Positions 38,296 to 47,628 of a DNA stretch of 64,000 bases are shown here, one piece after another. Source of the DNA: Meiothermus sp. (GTDB taxonomy: Bacteria; Deinococcota; Deinococci; Deinococcales; Thermaceae); the NCBI GenBank assembly GCA_033762915.1, contig JANRLD010000042.1, positions 96,001-160,000 on the forward strand. Direction: 5' to 3'. The translations under genes were made by a program, and so were the position numbers. Under the pieces are notes generated by a model. It had not been told where the DNA came from. It saw nothing but the letters and a program-made list of their open reading frames with translations, and did no database searches. Numbering within the stretch: the first letter of the stretch is position 1; the number at the start of each line of letters is the position of its first letter.

Positions 38296-39270
38296 TCAGC
38301 CTTCGACCGTTAAGGCTTCTTCTACCGCGGCCAGCACCTTGGGGTAGGCCTGCTCGAGGTTCAACCCCCGCAGGGTCGCGCCCGCCGCTGGGACGTGCCC
38401 ACCGCCGCCCAGCCTGACCGCCACCGACTGGGCCGAGACCTCACCCCGGCTGCGGATCGAGAGCTTTACATCCTCGCCGCGCTGGCGCAGAAAGATGGCC
38501 AGGTTGGTGCCCTCGGCGTAGCGGATGGTGCCCACAAAGTCGTCGGAGTCGTCCTCGAAGCTGAAGTCGGGCGGCAGATGTGCGGTGACCAGCCGTCCCC
38601 CGAAGTGGAACTGCACCGTGGTCAGCACCGCGCCCAGGGTCTTGAAGTAGGCCTGGGGCCGCCACTGGAGCCGGTCGGTGAGGTCGGCCAGCTTGACTCC
38701 GTGGCCCACCAGCTCAGCGGCGTCGTGCAGCACCTCGGGGGTGGTGTTGGAGTGGCGGAAGTTGCCAGTGTCGGTGATGATGCCGGTGAGTACGGGGGTG
38801 GCGATCTCGGGCGTCCACTCGACCTCGAGGATGTCGATTAGGTCCTTGACCATCTGCGCCGTGGCGGCCTTGGAAGGGTCGACGGCCGACATCTGCCCGA
38901 AGCGGGGGTTGGTGCCGTGGTGGTCTATGTTGACGACGTAGCCCTCGACCGGCGCGCCCGCTACCCGGGCCACCTCGGCGGAGTCCAGCACCAGCAGCAG
39001 CGCTCCGGCGGGGATGCGCTCTACAGCCGGGTGGAACTCCTCCGGCCCGCCCAGGAATTGCAAATAGGGCGGCGGCGAGGCCACCAGGGTCACGCTTTTG
39101 CCGATGGAGCGCAGCGCCCGCGCCATTCCCAGCGAAGAGCCGATGGCGTCACCGTCGGGGTCAACGTGGGTGACGATGTAGATTTCGCCGCCGAACTCGA
39201 GTAAATGGCCTGCAATTGCCTGGAGTTTCTCGTAATAAAGCGGCTCCGGAGCATTTTGAGCATAACTCAT
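38296..39270 (-). CDS. nrnA: DHH-family nanoRNase/pAp phosphatase
   Basis: THVDPDGDAIGS, NIDHH, TDTGNF, SIRS, GGGHVPAAG. Confidence 0.92.
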   Translation of the reverse strand: MSYAQNAPEPLYYEKLQAIAGHLLEFGGEIYIVTHVDPDGDAIGSSLGMARALRSIGKSVTLVASPPPYLQFLGGPEEFHPAVERIPAGALLLVLDSAEVARVAGAPVEGYVVNIDHHGTNPRFGQMSAVDPSKAATAQMVKDLIDILEVEWTPEIATPVLTGIITDTGNFRHSNTTPEVLHDAAELVGHGVKLADLTDRLQWRPQAYFKTLGAVLTTVQFHFGGRLVTAHLPPDFSFEDDSDDFVGTIRYAEGTNLAIFLRQRGEDVKLSIRSRGEVSAQSVAVRLGGGGHVPAAGATLRGLNLEQAYPKVLAAVEEALTVEG

Positions 39271-39378
39271 CTTAATCCTCACTATATCCGAGCCTATCAG
39301 ATTTTCAATGACAAAAATGCGTTACGGATAAAGCAATGGTCCACGACGAAAGACCCGCATTGAACGTCGTGCGCAGCA

Positions 39379-39696
39379 TCAGACCTCCAGCCAAACCTGC
39401 CCCTCTTCGACCTTGGCCCGGTAGGCCTTGACGGGCCGGGGTGCGGGCAGGGTGGCCTTGCCGGTGCGCAGGGAGAACCTGGCCCCGTGGCGGGAGCACT
39501 TGATATGCTCCGCGCCCGGCGTGAGGTCCAGGGGGCCGTCGGAGAGGGGGTTCTTATCGTGGGTACAGATGTCGGAGATGGCGAAAATCTCCTCGCCGGT
39601 GTCGAGCAAGAGCACCGGGGTCTTTTCGCCCTCGACCTTGACGACCAGGCGGCCGTTGACGAACTGTTCGGGGGTGGCGACAGCAATCCAGGACAT
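39379..39696 (-). CDS. Rieske [2Fe-2S] ferredoxin (SUF-associated)
   Basis: CTH...CSRHG.RF...TG motif. Confidence 0.93.
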   Translation of the reverse strand: MSWIAVATPEQFVNGRLVVKVEGEKTPVLLLDTGEEIFAISDICTHDKNPLSDGPLDLTPGAEHIKCSRHGARFSLRTGKATLPAPRPVKAYRAKVEEGQVWLEV

Positions 39697-39700
39697 AGGC

Positions 39701-40036
39701 TTAGGCGGGGTGGCGGTCGAGGCGGGCAGTGCCGCTCGAGACCACCAAAAACTCGAGGTCGGCTCCGGAGTCGTTTCGCATCTGGTGCGGAAAACCGGGG
39801 GGCACCTCGAGACCCTCCATCGCCCGCAAGGTGTGGTTTAGGCCATCGAGCTCGAGTACCGCCTGGCCCGACAGCACAAAGAAAAACTGCCGTACCGTCT
39901 TGTGCAGGTGGCGATCTTCGGCGGTGTGGGGCGGCATCTGCTCCTGAATCACGCTCAGGTGGTCGGCCTTGACCAGATGCCAGCCGTGGCAGACCTCTTT
40001 CCAGATGTAGTGTTCGGCGTTGAGGGTGCTGATCAT
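39701..40036 (-). CDS. Cupin domain protein
   Basis: HY.W...C.GW.L, E.MPP, HLH....QFFFVLSG, VPPG.PH. Confidence 0.88.
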   Translation of the reverse strand: MISTLNAEHYIWKEVCHGWHLVKADHLSVIQEQMPPHTAEDRHLHKTVRQFFFVLSGQAVLELDGLNHTLRAMEGLEVPPGFPHQMRNDSGADLEFLVVSSGTARLDRHPA

Positions 40037-40122
40037 AAATCGTCGAACGTTAAACGACTAACCCCGAACACCAGCAGGATAACTGCTGTAAGCGGTTGAC
40101 ATCGGGCGTTCAGTGCTGGGCA

Positions 40123-41457
40123 CTAGACCCGCACCTTCTCCTCGATGATGCTCTCGATGTAGGCCCGCAGCGGCTCGATGGGGATGCGGGTCAAAACGTC
40201 GGTCATGTGGCCTTTGACCAGAATTTGCTGGGCCACGTGTTTGGAGAGGCCGCGGCTCATCAGGTAAAACAACTCGTCGGGGGCCACGGGCGCGGTGGAA
40301 GAGCCGTGGGAGCACTTCACGTCGTTGGCGCCGATCTCGAGCTGGGGCACGCTGTCGCTTCTGGCCTCGTCGGAGAGCAGCAGGTTGCGGTTGGTCTGGT
40401 AGGCGTCGGTCTTCTGCGCGCCCTCCTCGACCTTGATCATGCCCGCGTAAACGGTGCGGCTCTGGTCCTTGGCCGCCCCCTTGTAGAGCACGTCGGAGAA
40501 GGCGTGATCGGCCACATGGCGCTGGAGGGTGTAGTGGTCGACGTGTTCGGAGCCGGAGGTGAAGTACAGGCCCAGCATCTCCGAGCTGGAACCCGCTCCC
40601 AGCATCTCCGACTGCACGTCGGCCCGGCTGATGGTGGCCCCCATGTTCACCACCAGGTCGTTGAGGGCGGCGTCGCGGCTGATGTGCCCGCGCTGCCGGT
40701 GGAAGTGGTAGAAGCCCTGGCCCAGCAGCTGGATGTGGGCGTGGCGCACCTTGGCCCCGTCCTTCACGATGATCTCGGTGGAGGAGGTGTTGACCGAGTT
40801 GGCCACCTTGGCGGGGGAGATGTACTCCTCGATGTAGACCGCCCCGCTGTTCACATCGCCCACGATCAGGGTGCGCGAGCCGGAGAGTTGGCCGCCCCCC
40901 AGGTACTTGAACACCCCGATCGGCTTGCTGAACTCGACGTTTTTGGGTATGTAGAGGAAGACCCCGTGGGTGAAGAGGGCGGCGTTCAGCGCAGGAATCT
41001 TGGAGTTCTCGGGGCGGTTGACTTGCGTGCCCACCAGGTCGCTCCAGTTCACGGCCTTGAACAGGTTCTCCTCGACCAGTTTGGGATGGTTGACGATGGC
41101 CTCATGCAGGCTGCTGAAGACCACGCCCTGGGCCTTAAGGTCTGCGGGCAGCTCGAGGTGCACCAGGTCGGCCCCTACGAAGACCGCGTAGCCGGCCAGG
41201 TCAGCCTGGGCGATGCGGTCTTGCACGGCTTGGGGGACTGTGGCGGCTTTGCCATCGGGTAGCTCGAGCTTCAGCTCCTCGAAGGGCACCTCGGTGATGT
41301 CGGTGTAGCGCCACTCCTCGGTGCGGGTAGAGGGGTAGGGCAGCTTGGCGAAGGTGTCCCAAGCCTCGAGGCGCTTGGCCTGGAGCCAGGCAGGTTCGCT
41401 GAGCTTCTTGGAGACCTCGAGCACGAGGTCACGCGAAAGGGTTGAGGTTAGTTCCAT
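40123..41457 (-). CDS. sufD: Fe-S cluster assembly protein SufD
   Basis: EEWRYTD, YKG, AQKTDAYQ.NRNLLLS, PQLEI.ANDVKCSHG, LFYLMSRG. Confidence 0.95.
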   Translation of the reverse strand: MELTSTLSRDLVLEVSKKLSEPAWLQAKRLEAWDTFAKLPYPSTRTEEWRYTDITEVPFEELKLELPDGKAATVPQAVQDRIAQADLAGYAVFVGADLVHLELPADLKAQGVVFSSLHEAIVNHPKLVEENLFKAVNWSDLVGTQVNRPENSKIPALNAALFTHGVFLYIPKNVEFSKPIGVFKYLGGGQLSGSRTLIVGDVNSGAVYIEEYISPAKVANSVNTSSTEIIVKDGAKVRHAHIQLLGQGFYHFHRQRGHISRDAALNDLVVNMGATISRADVQSEMLGAGSSSEMLGLYFTSGSEHVDHYTLQRHVADHAFSDVLYKGAAKDQSRTVYAGMIKVEEGAQKTDAYQTNRNLLLSDEARSDSVPQLEIGANDVKCSHGSSTAPVAPDELFYLMSRGLSKHVAQQILVKGHMTDVLTRIPIEPLRAYIESIIEEKVRV

Positions 41458-42866
41458 TAGCCCACCGAACCTTCCATCTCGAGTTCGATCAGCCGGTTCA
41501 GCTCGACGGCGTACTCGAGGGGCAGCTCCTTGGCCACCGGCTCAATAAACCCGCGCACGATCAGGGCGGCGGCTTCGTCTTCGGGGAGGCCACGGCTTTG
41601 CAGGTAGAAGATCTGCTCGTCGTTGAGGCGGCTCACGGTGGCTTCGTGGCCCACGGTGGCGGTGTCGTCCTCGATCTCCATGTAGGGGTAGGTGTCGGTG
41701 CGGGACTCCTCGTTAATCAGCAGCGCGTCGCACTCCACGTTCACCTTGACGTGCTTGGCCCCCTCGTAAACCTTAATCAGTCCGCGGTAGCTGCTGCGCC
41801 CCGCGCCCTTGGAGATGGACTTGGAGACGATCGAGCCGCCGGTGTTCGAAGCCGCGAAAACCAGCTTGCCGCCGGCGTCCTGGTGCTGCCCCGAGTTGGC
41901 GAACGCGATGGAGAGGATGTCGGAGCGGGCGCCGGGCTCGACCAGGTAGCTGCTGGGGTACTTCATGGTCAGCTTGGAGCCCAGGTTGCCGTCCAGCCAC
42001 ATGTGGTAGCCGTCCTGCTTCACCACCGCGCGCTGGGTCACCAGGTTGTACATGTTGTGCGACCAGTTCTGGATGGTGGTGTAGCGGCTGCGGGCGCCCT
42101 TGTTCACGGCGATCTCGATCACGCCGGAGTGGAAGGAGTCGGTGGTGTAGGTGGGGGCGGTGCAGCCCTCGATATAGTGCATGTCCGCGCCCTCATCCAC
42201 CACGATGATGGTGCGCTCGAACTGGCCTAGCTCGGCAGTGTTGATGCGGAAGTAGGCTTGCAGCGGCTGCTCGACCTTCACGCCCTTGGGCACGTAGACG
42301 AAGGAGCCGCCCGACCACACGGCGGAGTTAAGCGCGGCGTACTTGTTGTCCTCGGGCGGAATGATGGTACCGAAGTACTCGCGGAAGAGGTCCTCGTGGT
42401 GCTTGAGGCCGTCCTCGATGCTGACGAAAATCACGCCGAGGCGCTCGAGCTCCTCCTTGATCTGGTGGTAGACCATCTCCGAGTCGTACTGCGCCCCCAC
42501 CCCGGCCAGTACCTTCTGCTCGGCCTCGCGGATGCCCAGCTTGTCGTAAGTGCGCCGGATCTCCTCGGGCACGTCGTCCCAGGTGCGGGCGTCGCGCTGC
42601 TCGGTGGGCTTGGAGTAGAAGTAGATCTCGTCCATGTTGAGGCGCGAGAGGTCGCCGCCCCACTGCGGCACCGGCTTGGACTCGTAGATCTCGAGGGCCT
42701 TGAGCCGGAAGTCCAGCATCCACTGCGGCTCGTCCTTGTGGTAGCTGATGGCCTCCACCACCCGGCGGCTCAGGCCCTTCTCGGACTTCCAGACCGGCTT
42801 CACCTCGTCCACGAAGCCGTACTTGTATTCGTTGCCGATGTTCTCGACGACAGCGTTATCAGACAT
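41457..42866 (-). CDS. sufB: Fe-S cluster assembly protein SufB
   Basis: YDSE, NSAVWSGGSF, GQFERT, YIEGCTAP, TMKYPS, HEATVS, ELPLEYAVE, EGSVG. Confidence 0.97.
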   Translation of the reverse strand: MSDNAVVENIGNEYKYGFVDEVKPVWKSEKGLSRRVVEAISYHKDEPQWMLDFRLKALEIYESKPVPQWGGDLSRLNMDEIYFYSKPTEQRDARTWDDVPEEIRRTYDKLGIREAEQKVLAGVGAQYDSEMVYHQIKEELERLGVIFVSIEDGLKHHEDLFREYFGTIIPPEDNKYAALNSAVWSGGSFVYVPKGVKVEQPLQAYFRINTAELGQFERTIIVVDEGADMHYIEGCTAPTYTTDSFHSGVIEIAVNKGARSRYTTIQNWSHNMYNLVTQRAVVKQDGYHMWLDGNLGSKLTMKYPSSYLVEPGARSDILSIAFANSGQHQDAGGKLVFAASNTGGSIVSKSISKGAGRSSYRGLIKVYEGAKHVKVNVECDALLINEESRTDTYPYMEIEDDTATVGHEATVSRLNDEQIFYLQSRGLPEDEAAALIVRGFIEPVAKELPLEYAVELNRLIELEMEGSVG

Positions 42867-42884
42867 TTATCTCTCCTGGCGTTT

Positions 42885-43026
42885 CTCCTCCTCCTTGACG
42901 GGGGAGGCCGGGTGGGGGTGCGGCGCTAAAGCGGTGCTAAAGCGGTGCTAAAGCAGCGCCAAAGCGGCGCGAGTTACGGGTGGCGTTCAAAACCACCCCG
43001 GCCCTCCCCGCTGAGGGGGAGGGGGG
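42885..43026. repeat. Pair of inverted REP-like elements enclosing an 11-bp tandem array (GCGGYGCTAAA x4.6)
   Basis: REPs at 42885-42920 and 42993-43026; array units start at 42920, 42931, 42942, 42953 and 42964. Confidence 0.85.
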
Positions 43027-43788
43027 TTAATCCCCGGCTACGGCGAGTTCCTTCACCCACTCGTAGCCCTTCTCCTCAAGCTTCAGCGCCAGTTCGGGGC
43101 CGCCGCTGGTGACGATGCGGCCCTCGAGCATGACGTGAACCTGGTCGGGCTTGATGTAGTTGAGCAGGCGCTGGTAGTGGGTGATCAGCAGCGCGCCGAA
43201 GTTGGGGCCGCGCATGGCGTTGACGCCCTTGGAGACTACCTTGAGCGCGTCGATGTCGAGGCCGGAATCGGTCTCGTCCATGATGGCGTAGGTAGGCTCC
43301 AGGACCATCATGTGCATGATCTCGTTGCGCTTCTTCTCGCCGCCGGAAAAGCCGTGGTTGAGGTAGCGGGTCAGGATGTCCTCGTTCCACTCCAGCACCT
43401 TCAGGGCGGCCTGGAGCTTGCCGTAGAACTCCATCATGTTCACGTCGCGGCCCAGCTTGGCCTGCAGCGCCAGCCGCAGGAAGTTGGCGTTGGTCACGCC
43501 GGGCACCTCGACGGGGTACTGGAAGGCCAGGAACAGGCCGTGCCGGGCGCGCTCATCGGCCTCCATCTCGAGGATGCTCTCGCCGTCCACCAGGATTTCC
43601 CCGGCGGTGATCTCGTAGCTGGGGTCGCCAGCGATGATCTTGCCCAGGGTGCTCTTGCCCGCACCGTTCGGCCCCATCACCGCGTGGATTTGCCCCTTGG
43701 GGATGGTCAGGTTGACCCCCTTGATGAGCTTCTCGCCGCTCTCGGCGATTTGGGCGTGGAGGTTGCGGATCTCGAGTTGGTTTGCCAT
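43027..43788 (-). CDS. sufC: Fe-S cluster assembly ATPase SufC
   Basis: [54 protein letters not shown]. Confidence 0.97.
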   Translation of the reverse strand: MANQLEIRNLHAQIAESGEKLIKGVNLTIPKGQIHAVMGPNGAGKSTLGKIIAGDPSYEITAGEILVDGESILEMEADERARHGLFLAFQYPVEVPGVTNANFLRLALQAKLGRDVNMMEFYGKLQAALKVLEWNEDILTRYLNHGFSGGEKKRNEIMHMMVLEPTYAIMDETDSGLDIDALKVVSKGVNAMRGPNFGALLITHYQRLLNYIKPDQVHVMLEGRIVTSGGPELALKLEEKGYEWVKELAVAGD

Positions 43789-44142
43789 CGTTTTCTCCCT
43801 TTCGGATTGGTTTTTAGCACGACACAGCTTTACTGCGAATCGTTCGCAATAAGAGTATACGGAGTTCGGGTGGAATGTATAGTAGTTTAGTCGGGATTCC
43901 AACCGGCGAACATCACCTTGGGCTCAATTGGGGCTCAGGGGGTGGGCTGCACTTCGGAGATCTTTGCTCCGCAAAAAGCGCTGCGCTCAGAATGACAACG
44001 GTTTGGTGCGGTACCTGGTGAATGGGCGACCCGGACACAAAGGATTCCTCTTCGGCGAGAACCAGCCGCGCAACCTCAACGGTTTCGGCGGAAGCGTTAA
44101 CGTCTAGAAAAACCGCCCTGTTGCCAGGATACTGTGCAGAAA

Positions 44143-44180
44143 ACCCGAGGGGCGCGGACAAGTTCCGCGCCCCCTGGAGT
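44143..44180 (-). terminator. Hairpin or likely terminator after the copper-radical oxidase gene
   Basis: GGGGCGCGGA-CAAGT-TCCGCGCCCC stem, followed by a T-run on the minus strand. Confidence 0.6.
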
Positions 44181-44187
44181 TATTTGC

Positions 44188-47100
44188 CTAGTTTCCAATG
44201 CGGATGGTGGGGGCCCTCGAGGGCACGCCCGCCGCGTTGAGGGCGAAGAGCATGTAGTTGCCGGGCGGGGCGATACCGGGGTCGGCGGGTAGCTGGACGG
44301 TGTAGCTGGTGCCGCTGCCGCTAAAGGTTAGGGGGACGCGCCGCTGGTCGGTGTCGGTGGAGTGGGTGACGCTCGAGAAGCGCATCAGCACGAACTGGCT
44401 GACCGGGCCGCCGGTGCTCACGCTGATGCTGGTGCCGTAGCGGCCCGTGGCCGGGGCGGCGGTGATGGTCGGGCGGGTGGCAGGGCTGCCGTCGGGGTTG
44501 AAGAGGTAGGGCGGGGAAAAGAGTTGCACGTCGGGGTGGTTGGTGGTGCAGCTGCCGCACAGGCCGCCGCCGCCCGCCAGCACCCGCCCGTCGGGCAGCA
44601 GCAGGGCCACGCTGTGGTAGTTGCGCGGCACGCTCATGTCGGCCATGCCGAGCCAGGTTCCGGTGGCGGGGCTCCACAGCTCGGGGGTGAGGATCGAGCG
44701 GGCGTCGCTGAAGGGCGCGGCCACCTCCTGCCCGCCCACCGCCAGCACCGAGCCGTTGGGCAGGGCCACGCTGTTGTGCATGACGCGGGCGAAGCTCATC
44801 GAGCCGGTGCGGGCCACGCTGGCGCTGGTGCCCGAGACCGAGACCACGAAGGCGTTGGTCTTGGCGGCCCCGCCGCTGTAGGCGGGCGCGCCCCCGATGG
44901 TCAGGATCTTGCCGATGTCGTACATCACCGCGTTGCCGTTCATGCTGTCGCCGTCGTTGCCCCTGGCGCCCAGGCCCGACACGCTGCCGCTGCCGGAGGT
45001 GCCGTAGAGGTTCATATTGGCGCTGGGTCCGGCCTGCAGCACGTTACCGCCGCCGATGGCGAACAGCCACATGTGGTTGTCGGCGCGGTACACCCCGCCG
45101 GGGTCGTTGGTGAGGGCGGGGGCCACCAGGGCCCCAGGCAGGGCCGTCCAGCCGGTGGCTGCGTTCCAGACCTCGCCGTTCTTGCCGCCTTGAGCCCCGC
45201 TCCAAGAGCCGCCCAGGGTGAAGACGTTGCCGTTGGAGAGGGTCACGTTGGCCTGGTATCCGCGCGGGTTGGTCATGTTCTGGACGCGGCTCCAGGTGCC
45301 CGTGGCGGGGTTGTAGATACTGGTGACCTCGGCGTTGCCGCCGCCCGCGAGCATGATCCGGCCGTCGGGAAGCTGGGCGGTGCCAGGGCAGAACATCTCG
45401 TGCTGGGTCTCGGTCACCAGCACCTCGGTGGCGGTCTCGGTGTCGGGGTTGAAGAGGCTGGTGTAGGTGCGGCGGGTTCCGGCCCCGAAGCTGGCCCGGT
45501 CGGTGCCCGACCATAGCATCACCCTTCCGTCGGGCAGGTTGGCTGCGGTAACGGGCACCAGCGAGACCCCGATCACCCGGCCCCACTCGCCGCGGGTAGC
45601 GCGGGAGTTGTTCACCGGGGCGCTGGCGGGGTAGAGCTGCGAGGCCGGGATGACTTCTCGAGCCTGCTGGGCACTCTGCCACTCGAGCCGCGCCACTGCG
45701 CCGCCGCCCTCCTCGTACATCTCCATGCGGACGCTGTAGCGCTGGCCCGCTGTCAGGCTGATGCTGCCCTGGTCCACGGTGGGGGGGTGGATCGTCCAGT
45801 TGTTGATGATGAGCTGGCCGTTGACCCACAGCCGCACCCCGTCGTCGGAGGTGGTGTAGAAGGTGTAGGCCCCGCTGAAGCGCGGCACGACCTCGCCGGT
45901 CCAGCGCACGCTGAAGGTGTCGGCCCCGATGCCCGCGGCGGGCGAGCCGGTGCCCCAGTCAAAGTTAACGGTGGGGTCGGTGCGGAGTACCCGCGTGCCG
46001 GTGAAGTTGGCGTTGTCGTAGTACTCGCCCAGCAGGCCGGTGCCGGCGGCGACCTGCAGCCGGACGGTTCTGACCTCGCAGTTGGCGGCGCTCGAGCTGA
46101 TGTAGACCGCGGCCCAGGCCAGCCCGGAGGGCATGGTGAAGGCCGTCGAGGTCTGGGTCTGTGCGGTGGTGGCGCTCTGGCGCACGGTGGCAACCTCGGT
46201 GGCGGTGCCGTTGCTCACCACCAGGCCCATGCGGCACTCCTGGCCCGCCGTGAGGCTGCGCAGGTTGGCCGAGAGGGTGTACTGCTGCCCCGACTGGAGG
46301 TTGGCGGTGCCCAGGTTCTGTTGCAGCCAGGTGTAGGGGGCCATGGCCAGGGTTTGGTTGCTGGCCTGGACGTTGCCGCCGAAGCGGTCCCAGCCCTGGG
46401 TGCCGAAGGCGAAGTCCGGGTTGACTATGGGGCTGCTGGGTGTGGCGGCGGGCGGCGTGCCGCCCCCGGCGTTGGGATCGGAGGCGATCAGCTCGGCGTC
46501 GTCGTAGGTGCAGGTGCCCGAGCCGCTGGTCAGGTAGACCGCGATGTAGGTGGCCGAGAGCGGCAGGGTGAAGCTGGCGGTTTGTTGCGTCCAGGCGGTG
46601 TCCTGGAAGGTCAGGGTGCGGCTGTCGCTGGCCCCGCTCCCGAACCCGACGCCCGCCGTACAGCTGCCTGCCGAGGCCCGCCCCCACACCCGCAGGGTGT
46701 AGGTCAGTCCGCCCTGCAGGGCGGTGTTGGGCAGGTCTTGCTGGATCCAGGCGAAATCGCTGGCGGCAACCCCGCCCGCCGAGGTGCGCCCGGCCACGTC
46801 GGTCTTGGTGCCGCTGTAGCGCACCCACAGCCCGCTGCCGCCCTCGAAGTCGGCGTTGCGCAGCAGGTTGCTGCCCAGCGCGACGTTCTGGCTCTGGACC
46901 TCGGAGGTGAGCGGCGGCTCGGTACGGAAGACCGAGGCAGGCACCACCTTGGGCTCGAGGGTGTCTTGCCCCTCGAGGCTCCAGCGCAGCACCACCTTGG
47001 CCCTCTCGCCGGTCTTGCGGTACTCCAGGCGCAGCGCGTAGGCTTGGCCCCCGGCCAACTGCACCGTGGCTTTTTTGCCGAAGGTCACAACCTCCCGGCC

Positions 47101-47421
47101 GGCCAAGGTCAGGGTGGCCTCGCCGGTGCCCTCGAGGCTCAGGGTGTACCTGCCGCTCTCGGGGGCCACCAATTGGCCCGTCCAGACCGCGCTAAAGCCG
47201 CCTTGGGGCATGGCCTCCAACGGCATAAAGTTGTCCCAGTCGAAGGCCAGGCTGCGGTCGAGCTGAATGTAGCTGCGCCCGCTGGAGTCTCGGTATTCCC
47301 CGGTAAGGCCCGTCAGGTTGCCCGCGGGCACGCCGGGCAGTTGGTTGCCCAAGTTCTGCCCCGACTGCCCGCAGGCTCCCAAAATCACGCCCAAAACCAA
47401 AAGCCACAATCTCTGCCGCAT
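44188..47421 (-). CDS. Lipoprotein with PA14, two CBM4/9-like and a second PA14 domain, then a galactose oxidase-like (AA5) Kelch catalytic module and DUF1929 domain
   Basis: Lipobox LGAC; PA14 motifs FSAVWTG and FSVRWTG...SDDGVRLWVNG; copper-radical residues in HEMFCPG, RGYQ, RNYHS, SVTHS; PGNYMLF. Confidence 0.9.
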   Translation of the reverse strand: MRQRLWLLVLGVILGACGQSGQNLGNQLPGVPAGNLTGLTGEYRDSSGRSYIQLDRSLAFDWDNFMPLEAMPQGGFSAVWTGQLVAPESGRYTLSLEGTGEATLTLAGREVVTFGKKATVQLAGGQAYALRLEYRKTGERAKVVLRWSLEGQDTLEPKVVPASVFRTEPPLTSEVQSQNVALGSNLLRNADFEGGSGLWVRYSGTKTDVAGRTSAGGVAASDFAWIQQDLPNTALQGGLTYTLRVWGRASAGSCTAGVGFGSGASDSRTLTFQDTAWTQQTASFTLPLSATYIAVYLTSGSGTCTYDDAELIASDPNAGGGTPPAATPSSPIVNPDFAFGTQGWDRFGGNVQASNQTLAMAPYTWLQQNLGTANLQSGQQYTLSANLRSLTAGQECRMGLVVSNGTATEVATVRQSATTAQTQTSTAFTMPSGLAWAAVYISSSAANCEVRTVRLQVAAGTGLLGEYYDNANFTGTRVLRTDPTVNFDWGTGSPAAGIGADTFSVRWTGEVVPRFSGAYTFYTTSDDGVRLWVNGQLIINNWTIHPPTVDQGSISLTAGQRYSVRMEMYEEGGGAVARLEWQSAQQAREVIPASQLYPASAPVNNSRATRGEWGRVIGVSLVPVTAANLPDGRVMLWSGTDRASFGAGTRRTYTSLFNPDTETATEVLVTETQHEMFCPGTAQLPDGRIMLAGGGNAEVTSIYNPATGTWSRVQNMTNPRGYQANVTLSNGNVFTLGGSWSGAQGGKNGEVWNAATGWTALPGALVAPALTNDPGGVYRADNHMWLFAIGGGNVLQAGPSANMNLYGTSGSGSVSGLGARGNDGDSMNGNAVMYDIGKILTIGGAPAYSGGAAKTNAFVVSVSGTSASVARTGSMSFARVMHNSVALPNGSVLAVGGQEVAAPFSDARSILTPELWSPATGTWLGMADMSVPRNYHSVALLLPDGRVLAGGGGLCGSCTTNHPDVQLFSPPYLFNPDGSPATRPTITAAPATGRYGTSISVSTGGPVSQFVLMRFSSVTHSTDTDQRRVPLTFSGSGTSYTVQLPADPGIAPPGNYMLFALNAAGVPSRAPTIRIGN

Positions 47422-47628
47422 AGCTCCCCCTGCCGAGGGAGGTCAAACCTCTACAGCGGTAGGGCCTTGCCCGCCCCACCGTCGATGACCTCCGCCGCGT
47501 AGGTTTGAGAATACGGTGAGGCAGGGCAAAAGCATAGCGGTTCTGTCCGCTTAACTGGCCCTTAACGCCGGGCATTACAAGGGAGAAATGGGCGGAGCGG
47601 CCCGGTCTCGGGCCGCTCCGGGGGCCGC

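Noticed and set aside
42920..42970. Tandem 11-mers (and the 26680 heptamers) as a CRISPR array
   Set aside because: The units are too short, there are no unique spacers and no cas genes are nearby.
43913..44140. Possible SDR C-terminal remnant (EVARLVLAEEESFVSGS)
   Set aside because: The similarity is too short and degenerate to support a pseudogene call without a search.
47550..47566. CTTAAC-N5-CTTAAC as an OmpR-type box upstream of the oxidase gene
   Set aside because: There are only two short half-sites, which could arise by chance, and no link to the local response regulator can be shown.
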